Positions 38,825 to 48,663 of a stretch of 64,000 bases of DNA are shown piece after piece. Numbering within the stretch: position 1 is the stretch's first letter; each line of letters begins with the position of its first letter. The position numbers and the translations under genes were made by a program. The stretch is from the NCBI GenBank assembly GCA_038850735.1, contig JAWCLO010000008.1, positions 10,899 to 74,898 of the forward strand. The letters are read 5' to 3'. The stretch is from Methanomassiliicoccales archaeon. Its GTDB lineage: Archaea; Thermoplasmatota; Thermoplasmata; Methanomassiliicoccales; JACIVX01. The notes under the pieces are model-generated. The model saw only the letters and a list, made by a program, of their open reading frames with translations. It was not told the DNA's origin and did not search any database.

Positions 38825-40657
38825 TTATCCACCTATGTTGAACTCTGAGTTCATAAAATGGAGCCTTTCGATCGCCTCTTTCACAGCCTCACGAAGTCCC
38901 GTCAATTCTTGAAGCTTCGAATTCTTTTCAGATTCAGCTTTTTGTTTGAACATCTCGACCAGTTCAATTGCTCCTTTCATAACGTCCAATGTCATTTGCA
39001 GCCTGTTGAGAATTTCACTTTTTATAAGCTTTGTGCCTTCACGAAGTCTGTACGCATAATCATAGCGCAATTTACCAGAGTACTTATCCATTTCATTTGT
39101 GACTGCATTGCTCACTCGCTTTCTGAGCGTACGTATGTAAAGCGGCTTCGGGAGAACAAATGGTATTTCCGCTGGAATTATACTTTCATAATCCAATAAT
39201 CTGACTTCGTCGAAGTATAATCTGCTCTTGCGGATTGGAAACCCCGATTTTTGGTAATCAGGTATCTCGATCTGAAAGATTCTTCCAATTTCTCTTCTGA
39301 ACTCGTTGATCACTTTTTCAAGTTCGCTTTCCAGAGAAGATGCGATTTCTTGAACTGTCCTTTGCAAGTCCTCTTCCAAGCAATCTAAAATTGGCCGAAT
39401 TTCATGCTCGATTGACGTTGTGAGAAATTCTTCCATCTTAGATAGTGATTCCTTTTTGCTGCATTTGCAGAATTCATTGTTGAAATAATCATCAATTCGC
39501 TCTAGCAAAACAGATGCTTTCTCGCCAATTTGCTGAGAGATCATTTTTTCCACTCTCCTCTCAGCCCGTTCACATTTAGCTAGAATGACGTGATCAACTT
39601 CGGAAATCTTGTCTTGAATCATTTCGATTTCCTGCTCAAGCCAGGCTATTTTACCTCGCACTTCATCAATCGGCTGCTGGAGCATTTTCAATTGAATTTC
39701 AATTGAAGTCAATAAATCTGAAGAAGTTCTCAGGGCTTTTCTCATAATTGATCTAGCAAATGTGATTCCTTTTTCGTTCAAAAGGAAATCTTTGAGACGA
39801 CCTGCGAAGTCTTTAAATCCGCTTTTTTCTAATTTATATTCGTCACCGTCACGAAAAGCCAAGAGGGCTAATCTTGAAGATACTGGATAAATTTCCAGGT
39901 CATTTCTGTTCAAGCGATCTGCAATCACAGAATTGGAATAAGCTATCGCCTCAGCGATGTCGTTTTCATCGATTAAATCAATTTTATTAATTACAATGAA
40001 GATCTTATCTATAATCCCGAGCATTTTCGAAAGAAAAATGATCTCCTCGTTACCAATTGGCGGTTCAACACCAGTGACAAATATTCCAGCGTCGATATTT
40101 GGTAGAAATCTATAGGTGCTACTAGTGCTACCATCATGGACAGAACCTATTCCTGGTGTGTCGACGAGCACCACACCTTGTTTTAAGAATTCATTGTTGA
40201 CGTAAACATGCACTTCAGTCACCCTCTTTTCATTGTTTGGGTTACCTTTTTCTGTGGTGAAAATTCCAAGATCATCAATAGGAATATCAACCGATTCTCC
40301 ATTTTCAAAAAACACTTTTGCCTGAGTTTCTTTCCCATAGAATAATTTTGTAACAACTGATGTGAGGGGCAATATGCCAGTTACCAAAACCTCAGAACCC
40401 AACAATGCATTAATCAATGTGGACTTGCCTCGTTTGAAACTCCCGAGCACCGCGAGGTGAAATCTCTCATTCTCAATATCTTCAATAATGGAATTGATGG
40501 ATGTTACCAGTGAGTTCCCGCCAATGTGTTCTGAAATCTTTACCATAAGGGAAAGTACATCGACGCAGGAATTCTTCCATTCGTTGAAATCCATAGAGCT
40601 TCTCGCAGAGTCCAAAGTCCAATGAGCTTTGCCGTTGAATGCACCACTTGAATCCAT
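38825..40657 (-). CDS. Dynamin-like GTPase (bacterial-DLP type)
   Basis: G1 GSFKRGKST, G2 LPLTS, G3 DTPGIG, G4 NKID, followed by about 350 aa of helical stalk. 610 aa. Confidence 0.8.
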   Translation of the reverse strand: MDSSGAFNGKAHWTLDSARSSMDFNEWKNSCVDVLSLMVKISEHIGGNSLVTSINSIIEDIENERFHLAVLGSFKRGKSTLINALLGSEVLVTGILPLTSVVTKLFYGKETQAKVFFENGESVDIPIDDLGIFTTEKGNPNNEKRVTEVHVYVNNEFLKQGVVLVDTPGIGSVHDGSTSSTYRFLPNIDAGIFVTGVEPPIGNEEIIFLSKMLGIIDKIFIVINKIDLIDENDIAEAIAYSNSVIADRLNRNDLEIYPVSSRLALLAFRDGDEYKLEKSGFKDFAGRLKDFLLNEKGITFARSIMRKALRTSSDLLTSIEIQLKMLQQPIDEVRGKIAWLEQEIEMIQDKISEVDHVILAKCERAERRVEKMISQQIGEKASVLLERIDDYFNNEFCKCSKKESLSKMEEFLTTSIEHEIRPILDCLEEDLQRTVQEIASSLESELEKVINEFRREIGRIFQIEIPDYQKSGFPIRKSRLYFDEVRLLDYESIIPAEIPFVLPKPLYIRTLRKRVSNAVTNEMDKYSGKLRYDYAYRLREGTKLIKSEILNRLQMTLDVMKGAIELVEMFKQKAESEKNSKLQELTGLREAVKEAIERLHFMNSEFNIGG

Positions 40658-40970
40658 AAGCTCACTCTCACCAGATGGTGCGATTGCAAAAAGTAGAAGC
40701 TATCAGCCCGCACCTAGCGGTTAAAGGTGAGCTTCATCACCTGTTAGGGCATTAGCAAAAGCTGTTATATATTAATTTCCCGAGAACCCCACTAAATCGA
40801 CGAGGCAATTTTGTAACCATCGTGAAAGGTTAGTTTTCGAAATGCAGCCCTCATCGATTTAAAATTTATCAATGCAATTTCTGCGAGGCTATACAATCAT
40901 AGATTCAGTAGCAACTTTACAGTTCACTTTCAAAATTCAATCAATTAACGATGGTAATTTATTCTAATTA

Positions 40971-42530
40971 TCAGAGTTTTTGCTCACAAAGAACGCGATC
41001 CAAATCCACTTCGTTATTCTTAGATGGAATGAGGATCTTCTGTTGTTCTAGTCTCAAAAAGTCATTAGGCCTTTTTGTGTGGACCGGAATGACTATCTCA
41101 GGATCTATTGCTTCAATGATTTTAAAAATATCATGCTGAGATGCATGACCTGATGCATGATAGCCAGGTTCGATTTCAAATACTGGTTGTTGCCCGTGAA
41201 GAGTTTCGCAGACTTTGAACCCTTTGATCTTCATTCTGAACATTTTCAGCCAATTTTTCAGCCTGACGAAATCTATTAGTTGATCCTCTGTATGAGCTTC
41301 ACTGCTCGAATAGATATAGGTCCCTCCATCAGGTCTAATATCGAGCAATCTGTTCATATCCCAGAACGAAAAGCAGACAATGAAACTCCCAGGATTAACC
41401 GCGATCTCCTCTGAATCTATCAAAGCATCTTCATATTTTTCAACGATTTTCTTTTCAAAGCCTTCAATCCTTTTTTTCAGATCTTGATATATGCGTATGC
41501 CTTCCAACTGATCACTTCCATGAACGCATGATAGGGCATCTAGGTAATACGCATCTTTCATTAGGACAACGAGTTCCCTGCCGTATTCGGAGGCAATTTT
41601 CTTAAACGTTTCTAGGCGCTCGAAATTGCGGGGCGAAAAGTCAGCAACAACTAAATCCTTTTCATCAGCAACGGCAGCTGCGCATTTTTCTCTAACGTCA
41701 TCTTCACTTACATCCTCACTTGTTGCATCGATGCGCGTGCCCTCGATTATGAGTGCGATGGGATGAAGCTTTTTAGCTTCGCTAATGAACTCCTTCGTCT
41801 TGTCAGCGAATCGACCATGCATTCTCAAATCTCCCGAATACACGATCCATCCCAGTGGTGTGTGTATAGCAAAGGCAGAGGCTCCGTAAATTGAATGGTC
41901 GACATCAAAATGCCTGAATTCAATGCTAATTTCAGAAGAATCAATGAAATCTGGAGGATATGAGCCTTTTTGCCAGGGGCAAGCAGTCAAGAACTCTTCA
42001 AGTTTTTTCGATATCGGAGCCGTAACAACCAGACTTCTCGTAAGAAACGGTTTTTTTCTTTCACTCACCAAAAGCCTTCCGTTGCAGCAACGTTTTCTCA
42101 TCCCAGAATACATGATCTCATGTTCGATTCGATGGCTGTCACAATCTCTCAGGCATTTCAAGATCGCATATGTCATTGGACTTCCAATTAGTGGAATTTC
42201 CATATTGAGCATGGGAATCATTCCTACGTGATCTAAATGAGCATGGGAGGCAAACACAGCATTTACTCTTAACTTTCGAAAATCAGAAATATCGATGTCC
42301 GCTGGGATAAGATCATCTCTATATACGTTGACTTTTGGCAACTGCCCAGTACAGAGATAATCATAGATACCTCTCCCAGTACGAGGCGCAAGGAATTCCT
42401 CATAATATTTTCCTAGTTTCTCATAATTTATGCCGAAATCTAAGAGTACGCCATAATCATCACATTCAAGAAAGATCTTGTTCCCACCTATCGTATCGCA
42501 TCCATCATAAACAGTTAACTTAACGCTCAA
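40971..42530 (-). CDS. beta-CASP family metallo-beta-lactamase ribonuclease (RNase J-like)
   Basis: SHAHLDH motif 2 and C-terminal HASGHAS ... VIPVHT motifs. 519 aa. Confidence 0.65.
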   Translation of the reverse strand: MSVKLTVYDGCDTIGGNKIFLECDDYGVLLDFGINYEKLGKYYEEFLAPRTGRGIYDYLCTGQLPKVNVYRDDLIPADIDISDFRKLRVNAVFASHAHLDHVGMIPMLNMEIPLIGSPMTYAILKCLRDCDSHRIEHEIMYSGMRKRCCNGRLLVSERKKPFLTRSLVVTAPISKKLEEFLTACPWQKGSYPPDFIDSSEISIEFRHFDVDHSIYGASAFAIHTPLGWIVYSGDLRMHGRFADKTKEFISEAKKLHPIALIIEGTRIDATSEDVSEDDVREKCAAAVADEKDLVVADFSPRNFERLETFKKIASEYGRELVVLMKDAYYLDALSCVHGSDQLEGIRIYQDLKKRIEGFEKKIVEKYEDALIDSEEIAVNPGSFIVCFSFWDMNRLLDIRPDGGTYIYSSSEAHTEDQLIDFVRLKNWLKMFRMKIKGFKVCETLHGQQPVFEIEPGYHASGHASQHDIFKIIEAIDPEIVIPVHTKRPNDFLRLEQQKILIPSKNNEVDLDRVLCEQKL

Positions 42531-42709
42531 GGATCCCTCCCCATATTTTGAATGAGACTTTTTAATTATCAGACTTTCGACTGATATTTATGTTAGATTT
42601 TCTATACAATAAATCTTGCATATGCGACTACATGGTTCAAATGAAAAATATGAACAATTGCCTATTATGGAATGATACTGTTAATCCAAGAAATCGTGTA
42701 AGTCTTATG

Positions 42710-43789
42710 CTACGCCACGATATGACCAGTAATAAGAATTGTTTTTCCGCACTTTGAGCACTTGTGATCTTTTGAAATATTTTTCTTTAATATCCCAAAG
42801 TTAGGAGACCTCTTTATAATAACGCTGCAACATTCCGCGCAATATGTATATTGATACCTTACGTCCGGAACATTCCCGAGATATACATATTCAATTCCAA
42901 CCATTTTGGCGATTTTGTATGCGTTTTCCAGTATTCTCAAATCGGTCGGTGGCTTATCATATTCATATGCCGGGAAATACCCTGTAAAGTACAGTGGAAT
43001 CGAGGTAACTCCAAACTTGATGTGATTATCGATGACTGTTAGGATGGAGCAGTCGTCGTCTTTTATACCAGTAACAAGAAGATTGTCAACTTCAACATGC
43101 AGAACAAGCTTTATTGATCGATAGATATTTCTCCACACGTATTCCTCGCTGATGCCACCACAGTATTTCTTATAGACTTCTCTGTCTCCCTTTACATCTA
43201 TCTTCATCGCGGATAACCCTGCATTTATTAGAGCATCAAGGGCTTGTTTGGTGATATAACCGTTCGAAACGTAGCGACAATATAAGTTTCGAGTTTTCGC
43301 CAAATCAAAAGTATCAAGAGTCCATTCTGTGAGTAGTGTTGGTTAATGAATACTCCCGCAAAGACCGTGTTCCCCTCTCAAAATAGTTGAATTAATAATG
43401 TCTTCTGGCGAAGTATATCTGTCGATCTCAGGGATAGGAGCTCTCCCTGAGACATAGTTTTGACACTTGGGGCATGCAAAATTACAAAACCGTGTTGAAA
43501 ACGTGAAAGCACTTGAATCAGGATAATAATGGTAAAAGGGTTTAATCTCAATCGGTCTACCTTCAACCGCGCTCAAATTTCCGTAATCCAAACTGAATAA
43601 CTTGCCATCAATATTCAATCTTGTCTGGCAGAATCCTTTCTCATTCAACTTGATTTTACACCGACGTTCGCATAACTCGCACCTAAGACTTTTTCTCCTG
43701 CCATTGTTGAAAAAATTAGATTCTTTTATGACGTCGCTATGGTGCTTACTTTGGCAGGGATCGGTGCTACGAGATTTCTCACATTTCAC
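42710..43789 (-). pseudogene. AmmeMemoRadiSam-type radical SAM enzyme interrupted by one in-frame TAA (43343-43345)
   Basis: N-terminal part carries CNFACPKC. The two ORFs share one frame: ...GSIH*PTLLTEWTLDTFDLAKTRNLY.... C-terminal CAEC...CSKCG zinc ribbon. Confidence 0.7.
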
Positions 43790-44125
43790 ATTATGTCTTC
43801 TTTCACTTCATCTCGGTAAATAAATTCTGGCCTTCGTAGTCGTCTTAACTTGTACTACTTTCTTGTAATATATGATAATATTTATTAAATTTGCAACATT
43901 TTACAATGTTCTTCTGTTGCTGTCTGAAAATCGACCTTTAACAATATCATCTGAAGAATGATTCTGTTCTTGATTTACCAACATGAAGTTCAAAAATAGA
44001 GATCGAAAAACTATCGATCAATATTCATCTATATTTTTCAACGCGAAATTTTCGAAAATGCAGGTCTAGGCCGACAACGATGGCAATAGCCATTTATTTG
44101 TGATGGAGATGCCACGTATGTTGAG

Positions 44126-44236
44126 TGCGGGGGGAGGGATTTGAACCCTCGGACCCCTTCGGGACAGAATGTCTTCCGATAGCGATGCGCATTCGACTTA
44201 AGTCCTGCGCTTTTGGCCAAGCTTAGCTACCCCCGC
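44126..44236 (-). tRNA. tRNA-Leu (anticodon TAA) with a 26-nt intron at 37/38 (44171-44196)
   Basis: Acceptor GCGGGGG/CCCCCGC plus A73. 3-bp D stem. Anticodon stem CAGGA/TTCTG with loop CT-TAA-G[intron]A. Long variable arm. T arm GAGGG-TTCAAAT-CCCTC. Confidence 0.85.
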
Positions 44237-44356
44237 TATTCCATATTTATGAAATTAGCCCTTGGTCAGGCGATATTTAGAGAAGTATTTCATCCTTTTG
44301 AGAATATTCGAGCAGCCCATTATTCCAACATTCGGTCAAAATCATGAATCAGACCG

Positions 44357-45691
44357 TCAAACCAACTTCAGCGTAGGACCGAGTTTCGCCACTATCAATT
44401 CTTCGATCGTTGGCCGCCCGATTTCACAAAGTTCATACTTCACCCTTACAAGGGGTTTGTTTACATTCATCACTCTTTCTAGATTCACTGGTGTACCTGA
44501 AACAACCACGTCACAATCTGCTTGATTGATCGTTTCCTCTAATTCTTTAATCTGATTTTTGCCATAACCCATCGCCGGCAAGAAATTCCCGATATGTGAA
44601 TAATCCCTGAAAGTCTGTCTTATTGAGCCAACTGCATATGGACGAGGATCAATAATTTCCCGAGCACCAAAGTCCTCCGCAGCAATCATTCCGGCACCGT
44701 ATTTCATTCCACCGTGTGTAACTGTCGGACCGTCCTCAACGACCAAGACACGTTTCCCGCGAATTAGACCAGGATCCTCGACGGAAATAGGTGATGCAGC
44801 CTCAATTATGATGACGTCTGGATTAAGTATTTTGACATTTTCGCGTACTTTTAGAATATCCTGACGATCTGCTGTTTGGACTTTATTTATTATGACGATG
44901 TCAGCCAGTCTCACATTTGTCTCACCTGGATGAAAGGTAAGTTCGTGACCAGCCCTGTGGGGATCCGCAACAACAATATGAAGGTCGGATTTGAAAAAAG
45001 GGAGATCGTTATTGCCACCATCCCACACTATGACGTCAGCATCCTGGCTTGCTTGCTGCAATATGCGAGCATAATCCACCCCAGCATATACAATAATACC
45101 CATGTCAATAAGAGGTTCGTATTCCTCCCTTTCTTCTATCGTGCACTCTTGTAAATCAAGATCGTCATAACTTGCGAATCTTTGTACGATTTGTTTCTTT
45201 AAATCACCATAGGGCATTGGATGTCTCACTGCTACGACCTTAAGTCCTTTAGACTTCAAAATCGTACAGATTTTTCGTGTCGTCTGGCTCTTACCTGAAC
45301 CAGTTCGAACAGCGCAGACACTAATCACAGGGACTTTCGATTTCAAGACTATTTTTGAGTTTCCCATCAATCGAAAATCTGCTCCTGCGGCTAATACCAG
45401 GGAAGCTTTATGCATTAGGTCTATGTGTGAAATATCGCTATATGCAAAAATTACTTGCTCGACGGCGAATTCCTTTATAAGTTTGGGTAATAAATCCTCA
45501 GGATAAATTGGAATTCCATTTGGATATAGATTTCCTGTTACCTCACCAGGATATACTCTTTCATCTATATTTGGTATTTGAGCCGCTGTAAAGGCTACAA
45601 CATCATAAGCTGGATTATCTCTGAAGTAGGTATTGAAATTATGAAAGTCACGACCTGCTGCCCCCATGATAATAACTCTTGTTCGTTCCAT
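44357..45691 (-). CDS. Cyclic 2,3-diphosphoglycerate synthetase-family P-loop protein (COG2403-like)
   Basis: N-terminus VIIMGAAGRDFHNFN and Walker A VRTGSGKSQT. 444 aa. Confidence 0.55.
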   Translation of the reverse strand: MERTRVIIMGAAGRDFHNFNTYFRDNPAYDVVAFTAAQIPNIDERVYPGEVTGNLYPNGIPIYPEDLLPKLIKEFAVEQVIFAYSDISHIDLMHKASLVLAAGADFRLMGNSKIVLKSKVPVISVCAVRTGSGKSQTTRKICTILKSKGLKVVAVRHPMPYGDLKKQIVQRFASYDDLDLQECTIEEREEYEPLIDMGIIVYAGVDYARILQQASQDADVIVWDGGNNDLPFFKSDLHIVVADPHRAGHELTFHPGETNVRLADIVIINKVQTADRQDILKVRENVKILNPDVIIIEAASPISVEDPGLIRGKRVLVVEDGPTVTHGGMKYGAGMIAAEDFGAREIIDPRPYAVGSIRQTFRDYSHIGNFLPAMGYGKNQIKELEETINQADCDVVVSGTPVNLERVMNVNKPLVRVKYELCEIGRPTIEELIVAKLGPTLKLV

Positions 45692-45902
45692 TCTAACACT
45701 CCCTCATCCATAGCACTAATCCAAAGAAATGCCCTCCGAGTAGATGATTCTAATAGGTAAGAACTGAAATAATCATATATGATTCTTCCATAAAAGCTGT
45801 CATCGATAATCAGATACGCGATGATGGGGGCCCGTATTCTTACTGTTGGACCCATTCCGGAGTTGGAAAGGTATGTGTATGATTAAATTCATCTGGTAAT
45901 CG

Positions 45903-46295
45903 ATGAATTATCGTATACCCCCTGAAGAAATCCTCTCAGAGGTTATAAAGGGAATTCTTAATGATCGGTCAGTAATCAATTCGCAAAAAGCTCTGTCAAA
46001 ATATGTAAATGATGTCCTGAAGAGTATAAATCCAGAATATACCGCTACTGAAGGAAGAATTAGAAGGACACTTATCAATAATGCTCTTGGAAAGATCGAG
46101 ATTCATGCGAGGGAAAGTGACGAAAGAAGTAAAGCGGGTCGTTGCCCCGTTTGTAGTTCTAAGATGATTAGAATCAGGAATCAAACGATATTCGGGGGGA
46201 CAGTAACCCTAGGGTACAAATGCCTGAAATGTCCTTACTGGACCGGAATTAGAAAAAGGGTCCCAATTCGCTACATTTTCTTTGGAAAAATGTAA
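45903..46295 (+). CDS. Hypothetical protein with a C-terminal zinc ribbon
   Basis: CPVCSS ... CLKCPYW. 130 aa. Confidence 0.4.
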   Translation: MNYRIPPEEILSEVIKGILNDRSVINSQKALSKYVNDVLKSINPEYTATEGRIRRTLINNALGKIEIHARESDERSKAGRCPVCSSKMIRIRNQTIFGGTVTLGYKCLKCPYWTGIRKRVPIRYIFFGKM

Positions 46296-46538
46296 GAAAG
46301 AGAGACATGAGGATTTAAGGGGGTTTTTCCGTTGTTTTGCAGAGCTATTATGAAGAATAACCTTTGGTCCACAAAATTACAATACATCTGACAAGTGTTT
46401 AATTGACACAGCTCCCATTATCGCCGCTTCAATTATATTCCGAAGGCCAGAATGAAACTGGATCCGTATTCTTTACGGCAATATCTTTTTTCTGCCATGC
46501 AATAAAAAGTAAATATCCTGCAATCTGATCACGCATAT

Positions 46539-46730
46539 ATGTGTGAATCATCAGTATTTTTGGAAGAGAGGGGTGAAGTAAAGGAAGTCATGAAAGATGT
46601 TACGAGAATTGTGATGGATGGTCAGACTGTTGTTTGTATTAATATCATTGGAGAAAGACTGACTTTGGAAGGTGTGGTCCTCAAAGAGGCAAATCTCTTG
46701 AGTCATGGAGTCGTGTTTAAGAGGGTCTAG
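46539..46730 (+). CDS. cooT: CooT-family nickel chaperone
   Basis: 63 aa starting with MCE (Cys2), beta-rich. It sits immediately upstream of cooC, with the ATG abutting the stop. Confidence 0.65.
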   Translation: MCESSVFLEERGEVKEVMKDVTRIVMDGQTVVCINIIGERLTLEGVVLKEANLLSHGVVFKRV

Positions 46731-47540
46731 ATGGCATTGAAAATTGCGGTTTCTGGCAAGGGGGGAGTGGGTAAGACCACGGTAGCGGGAATATTGGCGA
46801 GACTTTACGGAAGAGAAGGTAAGGAGGTATTGGTTTTGGATGCGGATCCGGCGTCGAACCTTGCCAGTGTCGTAGGCGTGGATAAAGAGGTGCAAAAGAA
46901 AATAACGCCACTCTCTCAGATGCTTGATCTTATAGAAGAAAGAACAGGCGTACGACCTGGTTCAAGTTATGGTGGCGTTTTTTCTATTAATCCAAAGGTG
47001 GATGACATTGCATCCAGGTATGCCGTTGAAGGAAAAGATGGGGTACGACTTCTTGTTCTAGGAACTATAAGCACAGGCGGTAGCGGATGTTTTTGCCCTG
47101 AAAGTGCGCTGTTGAAAAATCTAGTAAGATACCTCGTCTTGGAAAGAAATCAGTATCTTATTATGGACATGGAGGCAGGATTGGAACATCTCGGCAGGGC
47201 AAGTTCGAAAAATATGGATGTCATGCTTGTGGTGGTCGAACCGGGAATGAGATCGGTAGAAACAGCTGGAAGGATCAAAACGCTGGCATCTCAAATTGGA
47301 ATAAAAAGAATGATGGCAGTTTTGAACAAAATTTCATCTGAAACGGAAAAGCAAAAACTACAGCAGGAAATGGAAAATCTTGAACTCTCTGTAGCTACGA
47401 CTATTCCATTTAATAGAATGTTAATCGAAGCTGATCTTATGGGCGTATCGCCACTTGATATAAAAGGGACGGACGATGTTGCGATCGCCGTAAGAAAACT
47501 CAAAAAGATATTGGACGAGGTAGAAGCTACTTCCCAGTGA
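46731..47540 (+). CDS. cooC: CooC-type nickel-insertion ATPase (copy 1)
   Basis: Deviant Walker A GKGGVGKTT and the CxC metal motif GCFCPE. 269 aa. Confidence 0.85.
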   Translation: MALKIAVSGKGGVGKTTVAGILARLYGREGKEVLVLDADPASNLASVVGVDKEVQKKITPLSQMLDLIEERTGVRPGSSYGGVFSINPKVDDIASRYAVEGKDGVRLLVLGTISTGGSGCFCPESALLKNLVRYLVLERNQYLIMDMEAGLEHLGRASSKNMDVMLVVVEPGMRSVETAGRIKTLASQIGIKRMMAVLNKISSETEKQKLQQEMENLELSVATTIPFNRMLIEADLMGVSPLDIKGTDDVAIAVRKLKKILDEVEATSQ

Positions 47541-48309
47541 ATTTAGCTTCTCGTTTTTCGAGAAATGCCTTCATTCCTTCTTTCTGATCCCCAGTCGAGA
47601 AGCACAACGCAAAGCCTTTTGCTTCAAGTGTAAGACCGCTGTCTAAATCAATATTAATTCCTTCATTAATGAGCTGCTTCGCCATTCTAACTGCAATCTG
47701 GCCTCTTGAAGCAATCAGTTTTGCAATATTCTTTGCTTCCTCTATCAATTTTTCTGCTGGAACCACTCTATTCACGAGACCAATTCTGTATGCTTCCTGT
47801 GCATCGATCATCTCCCCTGTAAAAATCAATTCCTTTGCCTTCATTTTACCGATAAGCCGAGACATCCTCTGGGTTCCACCGAAACCCGGCGGAATTCCTA
47901 GCTTCACCTCTGGTTGACCGATTTTAGCCCTTTCAGAAGCAATAACGATGTCGCACGCCATCAACAATTCGCAACCGCCTCCAAGGGCATAGCCATTTAT
48001 AGCAGCTATTACGGGTTTCGACATTTTTTCGATATAACGAAAAACACTATTTCCATATTCCGAAAAGCTCTTTGCATCTAAAGGACCGAGAGAGCTCATT
48101 TCTGCAATATCAGCCCCTGCCACAAAAGCTTTTTCACCTGCTCCCGTGAGTATCACCACTTTGACTTTCTCATCTTTCTCGCATTTTTCCAAAGCTTCCC
48201 TGAGTTCTCGAAGTACAGTTGTACTCAGGGCATTCAAAGCTTTTGGCCTATTGATTGTTATTGTTGCAAACGGCTCTTCTATATCTAAAAGGATACATTC
48301 ATATGCCAT
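47527..48309 (-). CDS. Enoyl-CoA hydratase (crotonase family)
   Basis: Crotonase motifs FVAGADI and INGYALGGGCELLMACD. 260 aa. Confidence 0.9.
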   Translation of the reverse strand: MAYECILLDIEEPFATITINRPKALNALSTTVLRELREALEKCEKDEKVKVVILTGAGEKAFVAGADIAEMSSLGPLDAKSFSEYGNSVFRYIEKMSKPVIAAINGYALGGGCELLMACDIVIASERAKIGQPEVKLGIPPGFGGTQRMSRLIGKMKAKELIFTGEMIDAQEAYRIGLVNRVVPAEKLIEEAKNIAKLIASRGQIAVRMAKQLINEGINIDLDSGLTLEAKGFALCFSTGDQKEGMKAFLEKREAKFTGK

Positions 48310-48663
48310 CGCAGATCCTCCAATTAGGCAATACTTTGAGAACCATAAAGCCTTTTAGATCGTATTCGAAATTTTGTATCCTGTGAGTACTTCCAGATTA
48401 TAAAAAGGAAAACATTAGGAGATGGTATTTTGAGACATTGAATAATTTATCATTGAATAATCTATCAAAAGGGCCAACACAATTGCGAGTTTTTCTCCAT
48501 TATTAAATTGACTGTTTTTTGTAAATATATCAGAATCTTACAATTTCGCAATTATATGCGGGTACTGGGGATGTAAGCTTCTTATAGTTGTGCCCTATTA
48601 AGTTCCGCAAAACTTAATGAAAATCAGAATTCAAAACTTTGCAGCCGACATGCAACTTATCAA

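Noticed and set aside
43343-43345. The in-frame stop in the radical SAM gene, considered as pyrrolysine or other programmed recoding.
   Set aside because: The codon is TAA, not TAG or TGA. No Pyl or Sec machinery or recoding element is visible, and a GAA-to-TAA nonsense mutation is the simpler explanation.
44038-44220. 60-aa - strand ORF.
   Set aside because: It overlaps the tRNA-Leu(TAA) gene. The GC-rich tRNA sequence creates the open frame.
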